This document shows, piece by piece, positions 37,959-47,520 of a DNA stretch of 64,000 nucleotides. A program made the translations under genes and the position numbers. The notes under the pieces are model-generated. The model had not been told where the DNA came from and searched no databases. It saw only the letters and a program-made list of their open reading frames with translations. Origin of the DNA: a virus. The stretch's first letter is position 1; the number at the start of each line of letters is the position of its first letter. Where the stretch lies: the IMG/VR virus record IMGVR_UViG_3300035670_000025. One strand, given 5' to 3'.

Positions 37959-39851
37959 ATGGATTTGTACCAGCAGTACATACACAAGAGCAGATACGCA
38001 AGATATCTTTCTAATGAAAATCGTAGAGAACATTGGCAAGAAACTGTGTCACGATATGTAGACTTTATGCAAGAACATATTAAGACACAATGTAATTATA
38101 CATTATCAAATTCTCTCAAAATAGAAATTTATGAAGCAATTTTGAACATGGAAGTAATGCCTTCTATGCGAGCAATGATGACTGCTGGAAAGGCACTAGC
38201 AAGAGATAATACTGCTGGATACAATTGCTCATACCTTCCTGTAGATGATCCTAAAGCATTTGATGAATGTATGCATATTCTGATGAATGGTACAGGTGTT
38301 GGATTTTCTGTAGAAAGACAATATATCAATAAATTGCCAGAAATCCCAGAACAAATGTTTGATTCTGATACAACAATTGTTGTTAAAGATTCAAAAGAAG
38401 GTTGGGCAAAAGCATTGAGAATGCTTGTAGCACTTCTATATTCTGGAGAAATTCCAAAGTGGGATTTGTCAAAGGTTCGTCCAGCAGGAGCACCACTCAA
38501 AACATTTGGTGGAAGATCATCTGGTCCAGCACCGATGAATGAACTATTTAAGTTTGTTATTCGTATCTTTACAAATGCAAGAGGACGAAAACTAACATCA
38601 CTTGAATGTCATGATATCATGTGTAAGATTGCTGAAGTGGTTGTTGTAGGTGGAGTTCGTCGTTCTGCAATGATTTCACTATCAAATCTATCAGATGATA
38701 GAATGAGAAATGCAAAGTCAGGAGCATGGTGGGAAGCAAATGTTCAACGAGCACTATCGAATAATTCTGCTGTCTATACAGAGAAACCCGAAGTCGGAAT
38801 GTTTCTTGAAGAATGGTTATCACTATATCAGTCGAAAAGCGGAGAACGTGGTATCTTTTCTAGAGAAGCTTCACAAAAAGTAGCAAAGAAAAATGGTCGT
38901 AGAGATGCAAATCAAGAATTTGGAACAAATCCATGTTCAGAAATTATTCTTCGTCCATATCAATTTTGCAATCTAACTGAAGTGATTGTTCGTGTTGATG
39001 ACACTGAAGAATCATTAGCAAGAAAAGTACGTTTAGCAACTATTCTTGGTACGTTCCAATCTACTCTTACATATTTTCCATATCTAAGAAAGATTTGGCA
39101 AAAGAATACAGAAGAAGAAAGATTGCTTGGTGTTTCACTAACTGGAATTTATGATTCTGCATTGACAAATAATTATAAAGATCCAGAACTACCACACAGG
39201 TTAGAAATGCTAAGACAGATTGCAGTTGATACAAATCAACAGTTTGCAGAAGAATTAGGAGTTCCTGTTTCTGCTGCTATTACTGCTGTCAAACCTTCTG
39301 GCACTGTTTCGCAATTGGTTGATGCTGCTTCTGGTATTCATCCAAGACACGATCCATATTATTTCAGAAGAGTTCGTTCTGATAATAAAGATCCGTTGAC
39401 TAAGCATATGATTGATGCTGGAATTCCACATGAACCAGATGTTACTAAACCAGATTCAACAACAGTTTTCACATTTCCAAAGAAAGCACCAGATAATGCT
39501 ACAATGAGAAGTGATGTTTCTGCCATCGATCACCTAGAACTATGGTTGAAGTATCAGCGTCATTGGTGTGAACATAAACCTTCTGTAACAATTTCTGTTA
39601 AGGAAGAAGAATGGCCAACTGTTGGTGCATGGGTATGGGAACACTTTGATGAAATGTCTGGTGTATCATTCTTACCGCATGATGGAGGAACATATCGTCA
39701 AGCACCATATGAAACTGTTTCAAAGGAACAGTATGAAGAACTATTGTCTATGATGCCAACTAACATTGATTGGACACAATTGGTTGAAAAGGAAGACAAT
39801 GTTGAAGGTGTACAGACATTAGCATGTGTTGCTGGTGGTTGTGAGATTTAA
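37959..39851 (+). CDS. nrdJ: Class II (B12-dependent) ribonucleotide reductase
   Basis: VMPSMR, YNCSY, GGVRRSA, TNPCSEI, KPSGTVSQL, C-term CVAGGCEI; no nrdB adjacent. Confidence 0.93.
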   Translation: MDLYQQYIHKSRYARYLSNENRREHWQETVSRYVDFMQEHIKTQCNYTLSNSLKIEIYEAILNMEVMPSMRAMMTAGKALARDNTAGYNCSYLPVDDPKAFDECMHILMNGTGVGFSVERQYINKLPEIPEQMFDSDTTIVVKDSKEGWAKALRMLVALLYSGEIPKWDLSKVRPAGAPLKTFGGRSSGPAPMNELFKFVIRIFTNARGRKLTSLECHDIMCKIAEVVVVGGVRRSAMISLSNLSDDRMRNAKSGAWWEANVQRALSNNSAVYTEKPEVGMFLEEWLSLYQSKSGERGIFSREASQKVAKKNGRRDANQEFGTNPCSEIILRPYQFCNLTEVIVRVDDTEESLARKVRLATILGTFQSTLTYFPYLRKIWQKNTEEERLLGVSLTGIYDSALTNNYKDPELPHRLEMLRQIAVDTNQQFAEELGVPVSAAITAVKPSGTVSQLVDAASGIHPRHDPYYFRRVRSDNKDPLTKHMIDAGIPHEPDVTKPDSTTVFTFPKKAPDNATMRSDVSAIDHLELWLKYQRHWCEHKPSVTISVKEEEWPTVGAWVWEHFDEMSGVSFLPHDGGTYRQAPYETVSKEQYEELLSMMPTNIDWTQLVEKEDNVEGVQTLACVAGGCEI

Positions 39852-40483
39852 TGCCATATTTAAATCATAACCTGCCGACATTTACTTGTTTCATCAGAAA
39901 TGAATATTTGTTCAATCACGAAAAAGGACACGGGGAATTTACCCCGTGTGATGTTCATTCTGTTGCATCTATAGAAAAGAGAGTTCCATTATTTGAGGCA
40001 TTTTTAGAAAATGGGGTCAATTGGACTCGTAGACCTATAATTGCTTTTTGTTGGAAAAAATCTGCACCAGTCGTTGCATTGGAAAATGCAATGTATTGGG
40101 ATTGTTTTTCTCCATATATAGATGTTCAAATTAGATCAAGATTATCAGGACTTAAAGCAGAACTTATAACCCCACAAAACACAAAAGAATTTGGTACATA
40201 TATGTTTACTTTGGATTGGTCTTGGGAAAATAAATCTACATTAGATACTAATTTTTCAGAGAGTCCTGAACACAAATGTGGACATTTTTTCAAAATGGAT
40301 AATGGTAATTTTTATTGCTATCCAAATAATAGAATCATTTGGTTTGATGATGCTTGGGTAGAAAATAGAATAACTCAAAATCCAGGATATATCATAGATC
40401 AAACTGTCTATAGTGTTGAAAATAAAAGACAAATTGAAACAAATAACAATTATATATATGGAATAAAATCAGATGTTAAATAA
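39851..40483 (+). CDS. Conserved hypothetical protein
   Basis: WDCFS, Y.FTLDW, EHKC.H, GN...YPNNR. Confidence 0.7.
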   Translation: MPYLNHNLPTFTCFIRNEYLFNHEKGHGEFTPCDVHSVASIEKRVPLFEAFLENGVNWTRRPIIAFCWKKSAPVVALENAMYWDCFSPYIDVQIRSRLSGLKAELITPQNTKEFGTYMFTLDWSWENKSTLDTNFSESPEHKCGHFFKMDNGNFYCYPNNRIIWFDDAWVENRITQNPGYIIDQTVYSVENKRQIETNNNYIYGIKSDVK

Positions 40484-40769
40484 AACATTGATTGTTGTTT
40501 TTTTATTATATCTGTTTTCTCCAGCATCTTTATTTTTTATATTAAGAGAAAATGTTTTTTCTGGTATTGAATATCATGATACAGAAATTACGCAATTGGA
40601 AGAAATCAAAATAGTTGTTGAAGAAAAATTTATTCCGCAATCATTACTTCGTGGTGAAGATATGACAATGTTTTATTTTAGAAATATTAGACCAACTTTG
40701 CCAGATTATAATAAAAATTATAGACCTGTTGTTGTTAAACCAAAACAAAAAAGCATACGAACTAATTAA
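40473..40769 (+). CDS. Hypothetical membrane-anchored protein
   Basis: N-terminal hydrophobic segment. Confidence 0.5.
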   Translation: MLNKTLIVVFLLYLFSPASLFFILRENVFSGIEYHDTEITQLEEIKIVVEEKFIPQSLLRGEDMTMFYFRNIRPTLPDYNKNYRPVVVKPKQKSIRTN

Positions 40770-40780
40770 GGAGAATTTAA

Positions 40781-41026
40781 ATGGGATGGGCATCTGGATC
40801 AAGTTTGTTTTCTGATATCATTGAAGCATTTAATGATTGTGATGTTGATGTTGAAACAAAAAAAGCATTATATGAAAAGTTGATTCCAATTTTTGAAGAT
40901 GAAGATTGTGATACATTGCAAGAATGTTTGGGTGAAGATTCTGTTTTCGATCAAGTATATTATGCGTTATATCCAAAAGATGAAGATGATGATTTCTTAG
41001 ATTTTGAAAATGAAGATGGATGCTAA
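40781..41026 (+). CDS. Acidic hypothetical protein
   Basis: MGWASGS..D.DCDT..EC; GGAG RBS. Confidence 0.65.
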   Translation: MGWASGSSLFSDIIEAFNDCDVDVETKKALYEKLIPIFEDEDCDTLQECLGEDSVFDQVYYALYPKDEDDDFLDFENEDGC

Positions 41027-41028
41027 TT

Positions 41029-41775
41029 ATGTTAAAAACAAAATATAAGACTTTATTTGTTTCGGATATTCATCTAGGAACAAAGGCAAGCCAGACTACA
41101 CAATTTTTAGAATTTTTAAAAACCATTGATTGTGACAAAATATATCTGGTTGGTGATATAATTGATGGTTGGTCTATGTCTAGAACCAAATATTGGTCTC
41201 AACAACATAATGATACTATTCAGAAATTGTTAAGACAAGCAAGAAAAGGCACCGAAATTGTTTATATACCAGGAAATCATGATGAATTTTTAAGACATTT
41301 TTGTGATAAAAGTTTTCGGTTTGGTAATATTAGACTTGTTGATGATGATATACACATCACTTCTTCAGGCAAAAAATATTTGATAATACATGGTGATCAA
41401 TTTGATACTATTATCAGAAATGCCAAATGGGTAACAAAACTTGGTTCTTGGGCATATGAAATGTCAATCAATCTTAATATTGCTGTAAATTTTATTAGAA
41501 AAATTTTTGGATTGCCATTTTGGTCCCTTAGTTCTTGGGTTAAATATAAAGTTAAAAAAGCAGTCAATTTTATAGGTGCATATGAAGAAACTTTGAGCAA
41601 TTACGCAAAATATAGAGGTGTTGATGGTGTGATATGTGGTCATATTCATCATCCAAATATAACCATGATAAATGGTGTTGAATATTTAAATTGTGGAGAT
41701 TGGGTAGAAAGTTGCTCAGCAATAGTAGAAACACTAGACGGAAATTTTGAGTTAATCAAATGGAAACAATCTTAA
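41029..41775 (+). CDS. LpxH-like metallophosphoesterase, likely PlcP-type phospholipase C
   Basis: SDIHLG, LVGDIIDGW, PGNHDE, HGDQFD, CGHIH, NCGDWVES; overlaps GT4 gene. Confidence 0.75.
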   Translation: MLKTKYKTLFVSDIHLGTKASQTTQFLEFLKTIDCDKIYLVGDIIDGWSMSRTKYWSQQHNDTIQKLLRQARKGTEIVYIPGNHDEFLRHFCDKSFRFGNIRLVDDDIHITSSGKKYLIIHGDQFDTIIRNAKWVTKLGSWAYEMSINLNIAVNFIRKIFGLPFWSLSSWVKYKVKKAVNFIGAYEETLSNYAKYRGVDGVICGHIHHPNITMINGVEYLNCGDWVESCSAIVETLDGNFELIKWKQS

Positions 41776-42743
41776 TAGCAACAGATGCTTGGGAACCTCA
41801 AGTAAATGGTGTGGTAACCACACTAAAACAGATACAGAAAAATGCAATCAATCATAGATTGGTTTTTATTACACCTAATGATTTCACAACATTACCAAAT
41901 CCTTTTTATTCAGAAATTAGATTATCTGTCCCATCAAATAAAAAAATAAATGATCTGATTAAAAACATAAACCCTGATTACATACACATTTCTACAGAAG
42001 GTCCTATTGGATTCTATGTGAGAAAATGGTGTTTAAAAAACAATAAGAAATTTACTACCAGTTATCATACTAAGTTTCCAGAGTTGCTTCAAAAACAATT
42101 AAATATACCAACATGGATAACACGGTGGTATTTCAAACAGTTTCATGGTTCAGGTGCAGGCATGTTTTGTGCTACATCGTCGTTAAAAAAAGAATTAATT
42201 GCACAAGGATATAAAAATATTATTGATTGGTCTCGTGGGGTAGACACAGATAAATTTAAACCATCTTATAAGTCAAAAAAAACTCTACCAACTTTTCTGT
42301 ATGTTGGTAGAGTTTCTAAAGAAAAGAATTTGGAAGCATTTCTTGATTTAGATTTACCAGGAAAAAAAATAGTCGTTGGTGATGGTCCAGAATTAAATAA
42401 TTATAAGAAAAAATATCAAAATGTTAATTTCGTGGGCATAAAACAAAATTTAGAATTAATTGAATATTATCAAATGTCTGATGTATTTTGTTTTCCATCC
42501 AAATCAGATACTTTTGGTTTAGTTATATTAGAAGCATTGGCATGTGGTTTGCCTGTTGCTGCTTATCCTGTTACTGGTCCTAAAGACATTATTACAAGTA
42601 AAACCGGTGTTCTTTCTGATGATTTATATCAAGCATGTATAGATTGTTTGGAATTAAAATCAGACGATTGTGTTGCATTAGCAAAAAATTATGATTGGAC
42701 AGAAGTAACAAAAGATTTTATATCTTCATTGGTCAATATTTAA
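41760..42743 (+). CDS. GT4 glycosyltransferase, Agt-like glycolipid synthase
   Basis: IATDAWEPQVNGVV, HISTEGP.G, YHTKFPE, RGVD, VGRVSKEKN, DTFGLVILEA. Confidence 0.8.
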   Translation: METILIATDAWEPQVNGVVTTLKQIQKNAINHRLVFITPNDFTTLPNPFYSEIRLSVPSNKKINDLIKNINPDYIHISTEGPIGFYVRKWCLKNNKKFTTSYHTKFPELLQKQLNIPTWITRWYFKQFHGSGAGMFCATSSLKKELIAQGYKNIIDWSRGVDTDKFKPSYKSKKTLPTFLYVGRVSKEKNLEAFLDLDLPGKKIVVGDGPELNNYKKKYQNVNFVGIKQNLELIEYYQMSDVFCFPSKSDTFGLVILEALACGLPVAAYPVTGPKDIITSKTGVLSDDLYQACIDCLELKSDDCVALAKNYDWTEVTKDFISSLVNI

Positions 42744-42779
42744 GTACATAAATACCTTCATTAAAACAATGGAGGTATT

Positions 42780-43166
42780 ATGTGGTTATATAATGAAACA
42801 GAATTTACTGAAGATATGATTGGTGATAATGTTGGATTTGTTTATATAATAACAAATTTAACCAATGATAAAATGTATGTTGGCAAAAAATCCTTCACAA
42901 AATCAAAAACTTATCAGAAAAATAAAAAGAAGAAAAAAACTAGAGTATCATCTGATTGGATAACATATACGGGATCTAATGATCAATTAAATGAAGATAT
43001 TAAAAATGGAGATCAAATAAAAAAAGAGATCATTCATTTATGTAAGTCAAAGGGGTGGATGTCTTATATGGAAACGAAAGAAATTCTTGTTCGTGATTGT
43101 TTAATAGATGATATGTATTATAATACATGGTTGTCAGCAAGAATAAGAAGAACACATTTAAAATAA
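42780..43166 (+). CDS. GIY-YIG nuclease
   Basis: GFVYIITN...YVGKK, DW..Y.GS, YYN. Confidence 0.8.
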   Translation: MWLYNETEFTEDMIGDNVGFVYIITNLTNDKMYVGKKSFTKSKTYQKNKKKKKTRVSSDWITYTGSNDQLNEDIKNGDQIKKEIIHLCKSKGWMSYMETKEILVRDCLIDDMYYNTWLSARIRRTHLK

Positions 43167-43170
43167 GGAT

Positions 43171-43413
43171 ATGAATATGACACATGAAGCATATTGTGAA
43201 GATTTCTTTAAACCTGCAAATGAAAATGTTGTTAAAATAGTTGAACAAATATCTATGTGGAGTAGAAAATCTTATGTGTTATATCCCACTGATGTTTTGA
43301 ATATGTTAATTGAACACAATTTGATATCTCAAGTTGAAGTAGAAAAAATTGTTAATGATACTCGACAAAAACCACTTGACTTAACTCTCCCACAGAGATA
43401 TATTGGTGAATAG
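43171..43413 (+). CDS. Hypothetical protein
   Basis: ORF. Confidence 0.45.
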   Translation: MNMTHEAYCEDFFKPANENVVKIVEQISMWSRKSYVLYPTDVLNMLIEHNLISQVEVEKIVNDTRQKPLDLTLPQRYIGE

Positions 43414-43450
43414 AACGGGTTGAGGTTTTGCGTACTCGTTCAACTAATAT

Positions 43451-43528
43451 GTGGATGTAGTCCAATAGGTAGGAGACACGAAACTTAAAATTTTGACAGT
43501 GTGGGTTCGAATCCCACCATCCACACCA
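43451..43528 (+). tRNA. tRNA-Leu(TAA), short variable region
   Basis: GTGGATG/CATCCAC acceptor, loop CTTAAAA, TTCGAAT, CCA. Confidence 0.85.
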
Positions 43529-43554
43529 GTTTTTATATATAAGGAGATTTTATT

Positions 43555-43785
43555 ATGAAGAAAAATATGATTGAGCACGTTTTTGTTTTAAAAGTTTATG
43601 CTGAAAGTTTCATGGAAGAATTTGGTGAAAATGAAGGAAGAATGCACGATGCGCAATATCTTGATTATACACTTAATGGTATAAAAGAATGTTTGCTAGA
43701 AGAATTTGATAATGCTAAAGATATGTTTAATATTAATTTAGTTAAATCTACTTATTTAAAACATAATGACAGTGAATTGGTATAA
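43555..43785 (+). CDS. Hypothetical protein
   Basis: GGAG RBS. Confidence 0.55.
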   Translation: MKKNMIEHVFVLKVYAESFMEEFGENEGRMHDAQYLDYTLNGIKECLLEEFDNAKDMFNINLVKSTYLKHNDSELV

Positions 43786-43799
43786 TCTTTTTTAAACAT

Positions 43800-43883
43800 G
43801 GTAGATATGGCAAATGAGGTGCCCTGCGGCTCATAACCGTATGTCGAAAGACCGAGTTGGTTTGATTCCAACATCTACCACCA
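43800..43883 (+). tRNA. tRNA with CAT anticodon (Met or Ile2), long variable arm
   Basis: GGTAGAT/ATCTACC, loop CTCATAA, V-arm GTC-GAAA-GAC, T-loop TTTGATT, CCA. Confidence 0.75.
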
Positions 43884-43888
43884 TTTAT

Positions 43889-43979
43889 AGACCTATAGCA
43901 TAACGGTAATGCACCGGTTTTATAAGCCGTAACTCCAGATTAGAGGGTTATTCAGGTTCGAATCCTGATAGGTCTACCA
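43889..43979 (+). tRNA. tRNA-Ile(TAT), long variable arm
   Basis: AGACCTA/TAGGTCT, loop TTTATAA, 21-nt variable region, TTCGAAT, CCA. Confidence 0.75.
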
Positions 43980-44003
43980 GTATCAACAACAAATGGAGTT
44001 ATT

Positions 44004-44231
44004 ATGAGCGAACAAGTCAAATCCAAAGAAAAGACATACACACAAGAAGAACTAAAAAAACTTCTGACCGAGCAACTAAATGAGTATCGAGCAAAACATC
44101 CATTTGTCGAATATCGATATGGAGTCGATCACACAGGCAGATACGACATTCACATCAAGATTGTTCTTGGTGATGTATCCAAAGGAGAAGAAATGGTCAG
44201 GAAGTTTCAACAGATTATCGGAGAACTATGA
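44004..44231 (+). CDS. Hypothetical protein
   Basis: GGAG RBS; coupled to pstS. Confidence 0.6.
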   Translation: MSEQVKSKEKTYTQEELKKLLTEQLNEYRAKHPFVEYRYGVDHTGRYDIHIKIVLGDVSKGEEMVRKFQQIIGEL

Positions 44232-45265
44232 TGAAGTATAAATTTTTGTTGCCGTTGGCATTAATCTTGATATATATTCCACAATCAGAAGCACGTGATC
44301 AAATTCGTGTTGTTGGTTCATCAACTGTATATCCATTTACAACAACCGTTGCTGAAAACTTTGGACGAAATACACGTACAAAGACACCAATTGTAGAATC
44401 TACAGGCACAGGTGGTGGATTTAAACTTTTTTGTGCAGGTGTTGGAACATCACATCCTGATGTTTCAAATGCTTCTCGTGCAATCAAGAAGTCAGAATTC
44501 GAAATGTGTGTGAAGAATGGTGTAACAGAGATTGTTGAAATCAAAGTTGGTTTTGATGGTCTTACTATCACACAATCAAAGAATGGACCAAATATCAAAC
44601 TATCACTAGCACAAGTATTTCTTGCGCTAGCAGAAAAGGTTCCTGATAAGTCTGGTAATCTGATTCCAAATCCATATAAGAACTGGTCAGATATTGATCC
44701 GCAACTACCAAATGTAAGAATTGAGGTTCTTGGTCCACCTCCAACTTCTGGTACTCGTGATTCATTTCATGAACTATTCATGGAACCAGGAGCAGAAATA
44801 GTTCTCAAGGATCTAAAAAAGTCTAATCGCAAGGCATTTGAAACAGCATGGAAGTCTATTCGTCAAGATGGTGCATATGTAGAAGCAGGTGAAAATGATA
44901 ACGTAATAGTTCAAAAGTTACAAGCAAATCGTAATGCTTTTGGAATCTTTGGTTATTCATTCCTTGAAGAGAACATCTCAACCCTTCGTGGTGTAGCAAT
45001 TGACGGAGTTGTTCCTGATTTTGACAATATTTCAAGTGGTAGATATAAGGGTGCTAGACCACTATTTGTTTACATCAAGAAGCAACATATTGGTGTAATT
45101 CCTGGACTAAAGGAATTCGCAGAAGAATATGTATCTAATCGTGCAATTTCTCAAGATGGTTATCTTGCACGAAAGGGTCTAGTAGCACTTCCAAAGAAGG
45201 AACTTGATAAAGTTGTGAATAATGTTAAGAATATGATTTCCTTAACCACAAAAGATGTGAAATAA
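44228..45265 (+). CDS. pstS: Phosphate-binding protein PstS
   Basis: Signal peptide; RDQIRVVGSSTVYPF, ESTGTGGG..FC, GPPPTSGTRD. Confidence 0.93.
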   Translation: MMKYKFLLPLALILIYIPQSEARDQIRVVGSSTVYPFTTTVAENFGRNTRTKTPIVESTGTGGGFKLFCAGVGTSHPDVSNASRAIKKSEFEMCVKNGVTEIVEIKVGFDGLTITQSKNGPNIKLSLAQVFLALAEKVPDKSGNLIPNPYKNWSDIDPQLPNVRIEVLGPPPTSGTRDSFHELFMEPGAEIVLKDLKKSNRKAFETAWKSIRQDGAYVEAGENDNVIVQKLQANRNAFGIFGYSFLEENISTLRGVAIDGVVPDFDNISSGRYKGARPLFVYIKKQHIGVIPGLKEFAEEYVSNRAISQDGYLARKGLVALPKKELDKVVNNVKNMISLTTKDVK

Positions 45266-45377
45266 TAGTGAACTAAATAACCCTACACCAAAAAGGTGTA
45301 GGGAATACCATCAAACAGAACAGTTTAACAAATATCAATCACATCAACTGTTCAAAAATAATAAAAAAGGAGCAACT

Positions 45378-45893
45378 ATGAAAAGTTATGTAACAATAAC
45401 TCTAATAGGTCTTTTTGTATTTTTTTCAGGAGTAAATACATCACAAGCAAGACCACATCCAACAACAATTGAAACCCAAGAAACTCGTAAGGTTATCAAA
45501 AAGAAAAAAAAGAAAAGAAGAATTTTACCACCAAAAACATCACAAATTGTGGCAGATTCTGGTTCTCCTATTGATAAAGCAAGAGCATATATAGGAATGA
45601 ATGCTAGACAACTTGGGTTGCCACTACGGTTATGGTGTGCAGATTTTATGAATATGTTGTTTGGAGGAAGAGATAGAAGAGCAATTTCATATGCTAGAAG
45701 AGGTTCACCCGCATCTCATGGATGCACAAATTGCATAGCAGTTACAAAAAGAAAAGGTGGACACCACGTTGGAATTGTGAAAGGATATGATGCTAAAGGA
45801 AATCCAATATTGATTTCTGGAAATCACGGAAGAAGAGTTGGTATTGGAACTTATTCTAAAAAAGTAGTTATAGCATATAGATATATGAGGTAA
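45378..45893 (+). CDS. Secreted CHAP/NlpC-like peptidoglycan peptidase
   Basis: Signal peptide; LWCADFMN, HVGIV, ISGNH. Confidence 0.7.
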   Translation: MKSYVTITLIGLFVFFSGVNTSQARPHPTTIETQETRKVIKKKKKKRRILPPKTSQIVADSGSPIDKARAYIGMNARQLGLPLRLWCADFMNMLFGGRDRRAISYARRGSPASHGCTNCIAVTKRKGGHHVGIVKGYDAKGNPILISGNHGRRVGIGTYSKKVVIAYRYMR

Positions 45894-45895
45894 TA

Positions 45896-46294
45896 ATGAA
45901 AACTAATTTTGAGATGGTAAAGGAGTTTCATAAATCATTCCTTAAGAATGATCCTGAATCTCCTATTGATATTACCAAAGAAACTCCTGAACTTTTAAAT
46001 ATGGTTAAGTTGCGTAAAACTTTGATTGAAGAAGAATATAATGAAGTTATGTATGAGTTAACAGAAGTAGAATCAATTGAACATCTAGCAAAAGAACTTG
46101 TGGATCTGTTATATGTAGTGTATGGTACTGGTTCGGAATTTGGCATTGATCTTGATGCATGTTTTGCCGAAGTCCATCGTTCAAATATGTCAAAATTAGG
46201 AGATGATGGCAAACCAATCATCAGAGATGATGGCAAATTCCTAAAGTCTGAAAAGTATGAAAAACCAAATTTGAAAAGGATTCTAAATGTATAA
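45896..46294 (+). CDS. MazG-like NTP pyrophosphohydrolase
   Basis: LIEEEY.E..KELVDLLYVVYG..EVHRSNMSK. Confidence 0.85.
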   Translation: MKTNFEMVKEFHKSFLKNDPESPIDITKETPELLNMVKLRKTLIEEEYNEVMYELTEVESIEHLAKELVDLLYVVYGTGSEFGIDLDACFAEVHRSNMSKLGDDGKPIIRDDGKFLKSEKYEKPNLKRILNV

Positions 46295-46667
46295 GATCGT
46301 TGTTACTACTCTAGCAGCAATTGTTCTTGCTGGATGTTCTACAACAATTGTAAAGCGTGAAATTAGAACTACACCAGAACATGAACACAACCAAGTCATT
46401 GAAAAACGTGTGACTTTTATGAGACTTGTAGAATTTATTCGTGTGAATCAGCATGTAAAACCAACTGAAGAACTCAAGAAGGAATTACATGCAATGATTA
46501 CATTGACAGGTTTGCGGTATTCTTGTTATTCTGGAAATCGTTGCTTTCTTCATAAGGAAGATATGAAGATTCAAATTCATCCGGAATATGTATATATTGA
46601 GTATCCAGATAAGTCTTATCGTAAAATTTACGATCCAAATGATGCAATTAGAGTAATTTATTCATAG
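46287..46667 (+). CDS. Putative lipoprotein
   Basis: LAGC lipobox. Confidence 0.6.
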   Translation: MYKIVVTTLAAIVLAGCSTTIVKREIRTTPEHEHNQVIEKRVTFMRLVEFIRVNQHVKPTEELKKELHAMITLTGLRYSCYSGNRCFLHKEDMKIQIHPEYVYIEYPDKSYRKIYDPNDAIRVIYS

Positions 46668-46676
46668 GAGTACAAA

Positions 46677-46766
46677 ATGTCGCATCCGCATAAAAATAGG
46701 CCACGTAAAGGTCGTAGAAAGTTAGGTAGTAAGAAACGGAAAGCAAGAGCAAACAGAAAGAAGTAA
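46677..46766 (+). CDS. 29-aa very basic peptide (not in ORF track)
   Basis: AGGAG RBS; MSHPHKNRPRKGRRKLGSKKRKARANRKK. Confidence 0.55.
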   Translation: MSHPHKNRPRKGRRKLGSKKRKARANRKK

Positions 46767-46815
46767 TTATTTGCCATACAGAATCAACACTGTATGGCAT
46801 TTTTATTGGTGTGCT

Positions 46816-47271
46816 ATGAATATAAAAGAAGTAAGACATTTCATACAAAATCAATCTCTTGAATCAAAAATCTATATTGGATGTGATTCGGAAGTATTTA
46901 AAAGAAATGATAAATGGTTAATCAATTATTATGCTGTTGTTGTTATTCATAAGAATAAACACAGTGGATGTAAAGTTTTTGGACAAAAGACTACAGAAGT
47001 TGATTATACCAAAGATAAGAGAAAACCACTTTACAGATTGATGCAAGAGGTATATAAAGCATCAGAATTATATTTGTTGTTGGAAGAATCTATTGGAGAA
47101 AGAGAAGTAGAAGTTCATTTAGATTTAAATCCATCAAAAAAACATATTTCAAATCAAATTGTAGATCAAGCAATAAGTTATATTAAAAGTACATGTAATG
47201 TTGTTCCGATGATAAAACCCAATGCTTGGTGTTCGTCTTCAGTTGCTGATAGGTTACTTAAAATATCATAA
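46816..47271 (+). CDS. RNase H-like YkuK family protein
   Basis: IYIGCDS, RL.QEV, EVHLD.N, KP.AW..S.VAD. Confidence 0.8.
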   Translation: MNIKEVRHFIQNQSLESKIYIGCDSEVFKRNDKWLINYYAVVVIHKNKHSGCKVFGQKTTEVDYTKDKRKPLYRLMQEVYKASELYLLLEESIGEREVEVHLDLNPSKKHISNQIVDQAISYIKSTCNVVPMIKPNAWCSSSVADRLLKIS

Positions 47272-47282
47272 AGGAGGATTAT

Positions 47283-47510
47283 ATGTCTGTAGTAAATAAA
47301 CTTAAAACTAAGGCAGAAAGAGAACGATATTTGATGTATAAACTTCCAGATTATAAACTTCTGGAAGAACAAGCGGTTGAAGAGATTCAAAATTTACAAA
47401 ATGTACTTGAAGAAATCAAAAAGTGGTATCATATACAAATGATGAATCATCATAGTTTTGATTCAAAAAATGCAGACTTACAAGGATTGGCAAGAATTCT
47501 CAAAATTTAA
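47283..47510 (+). CDS. Hypothetical protein
   Basis: AGGAGG RBS. Confidence 0.6.
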   Translation: MSVVNKLKTKAERERYLMYKLPDYKLLEEQAVEEIQNLQNVLEEIKKWYHIQMMNHHSFDSKNADLQGLARILKI

Positions 47511-47520
47511 GGAGATAAAA

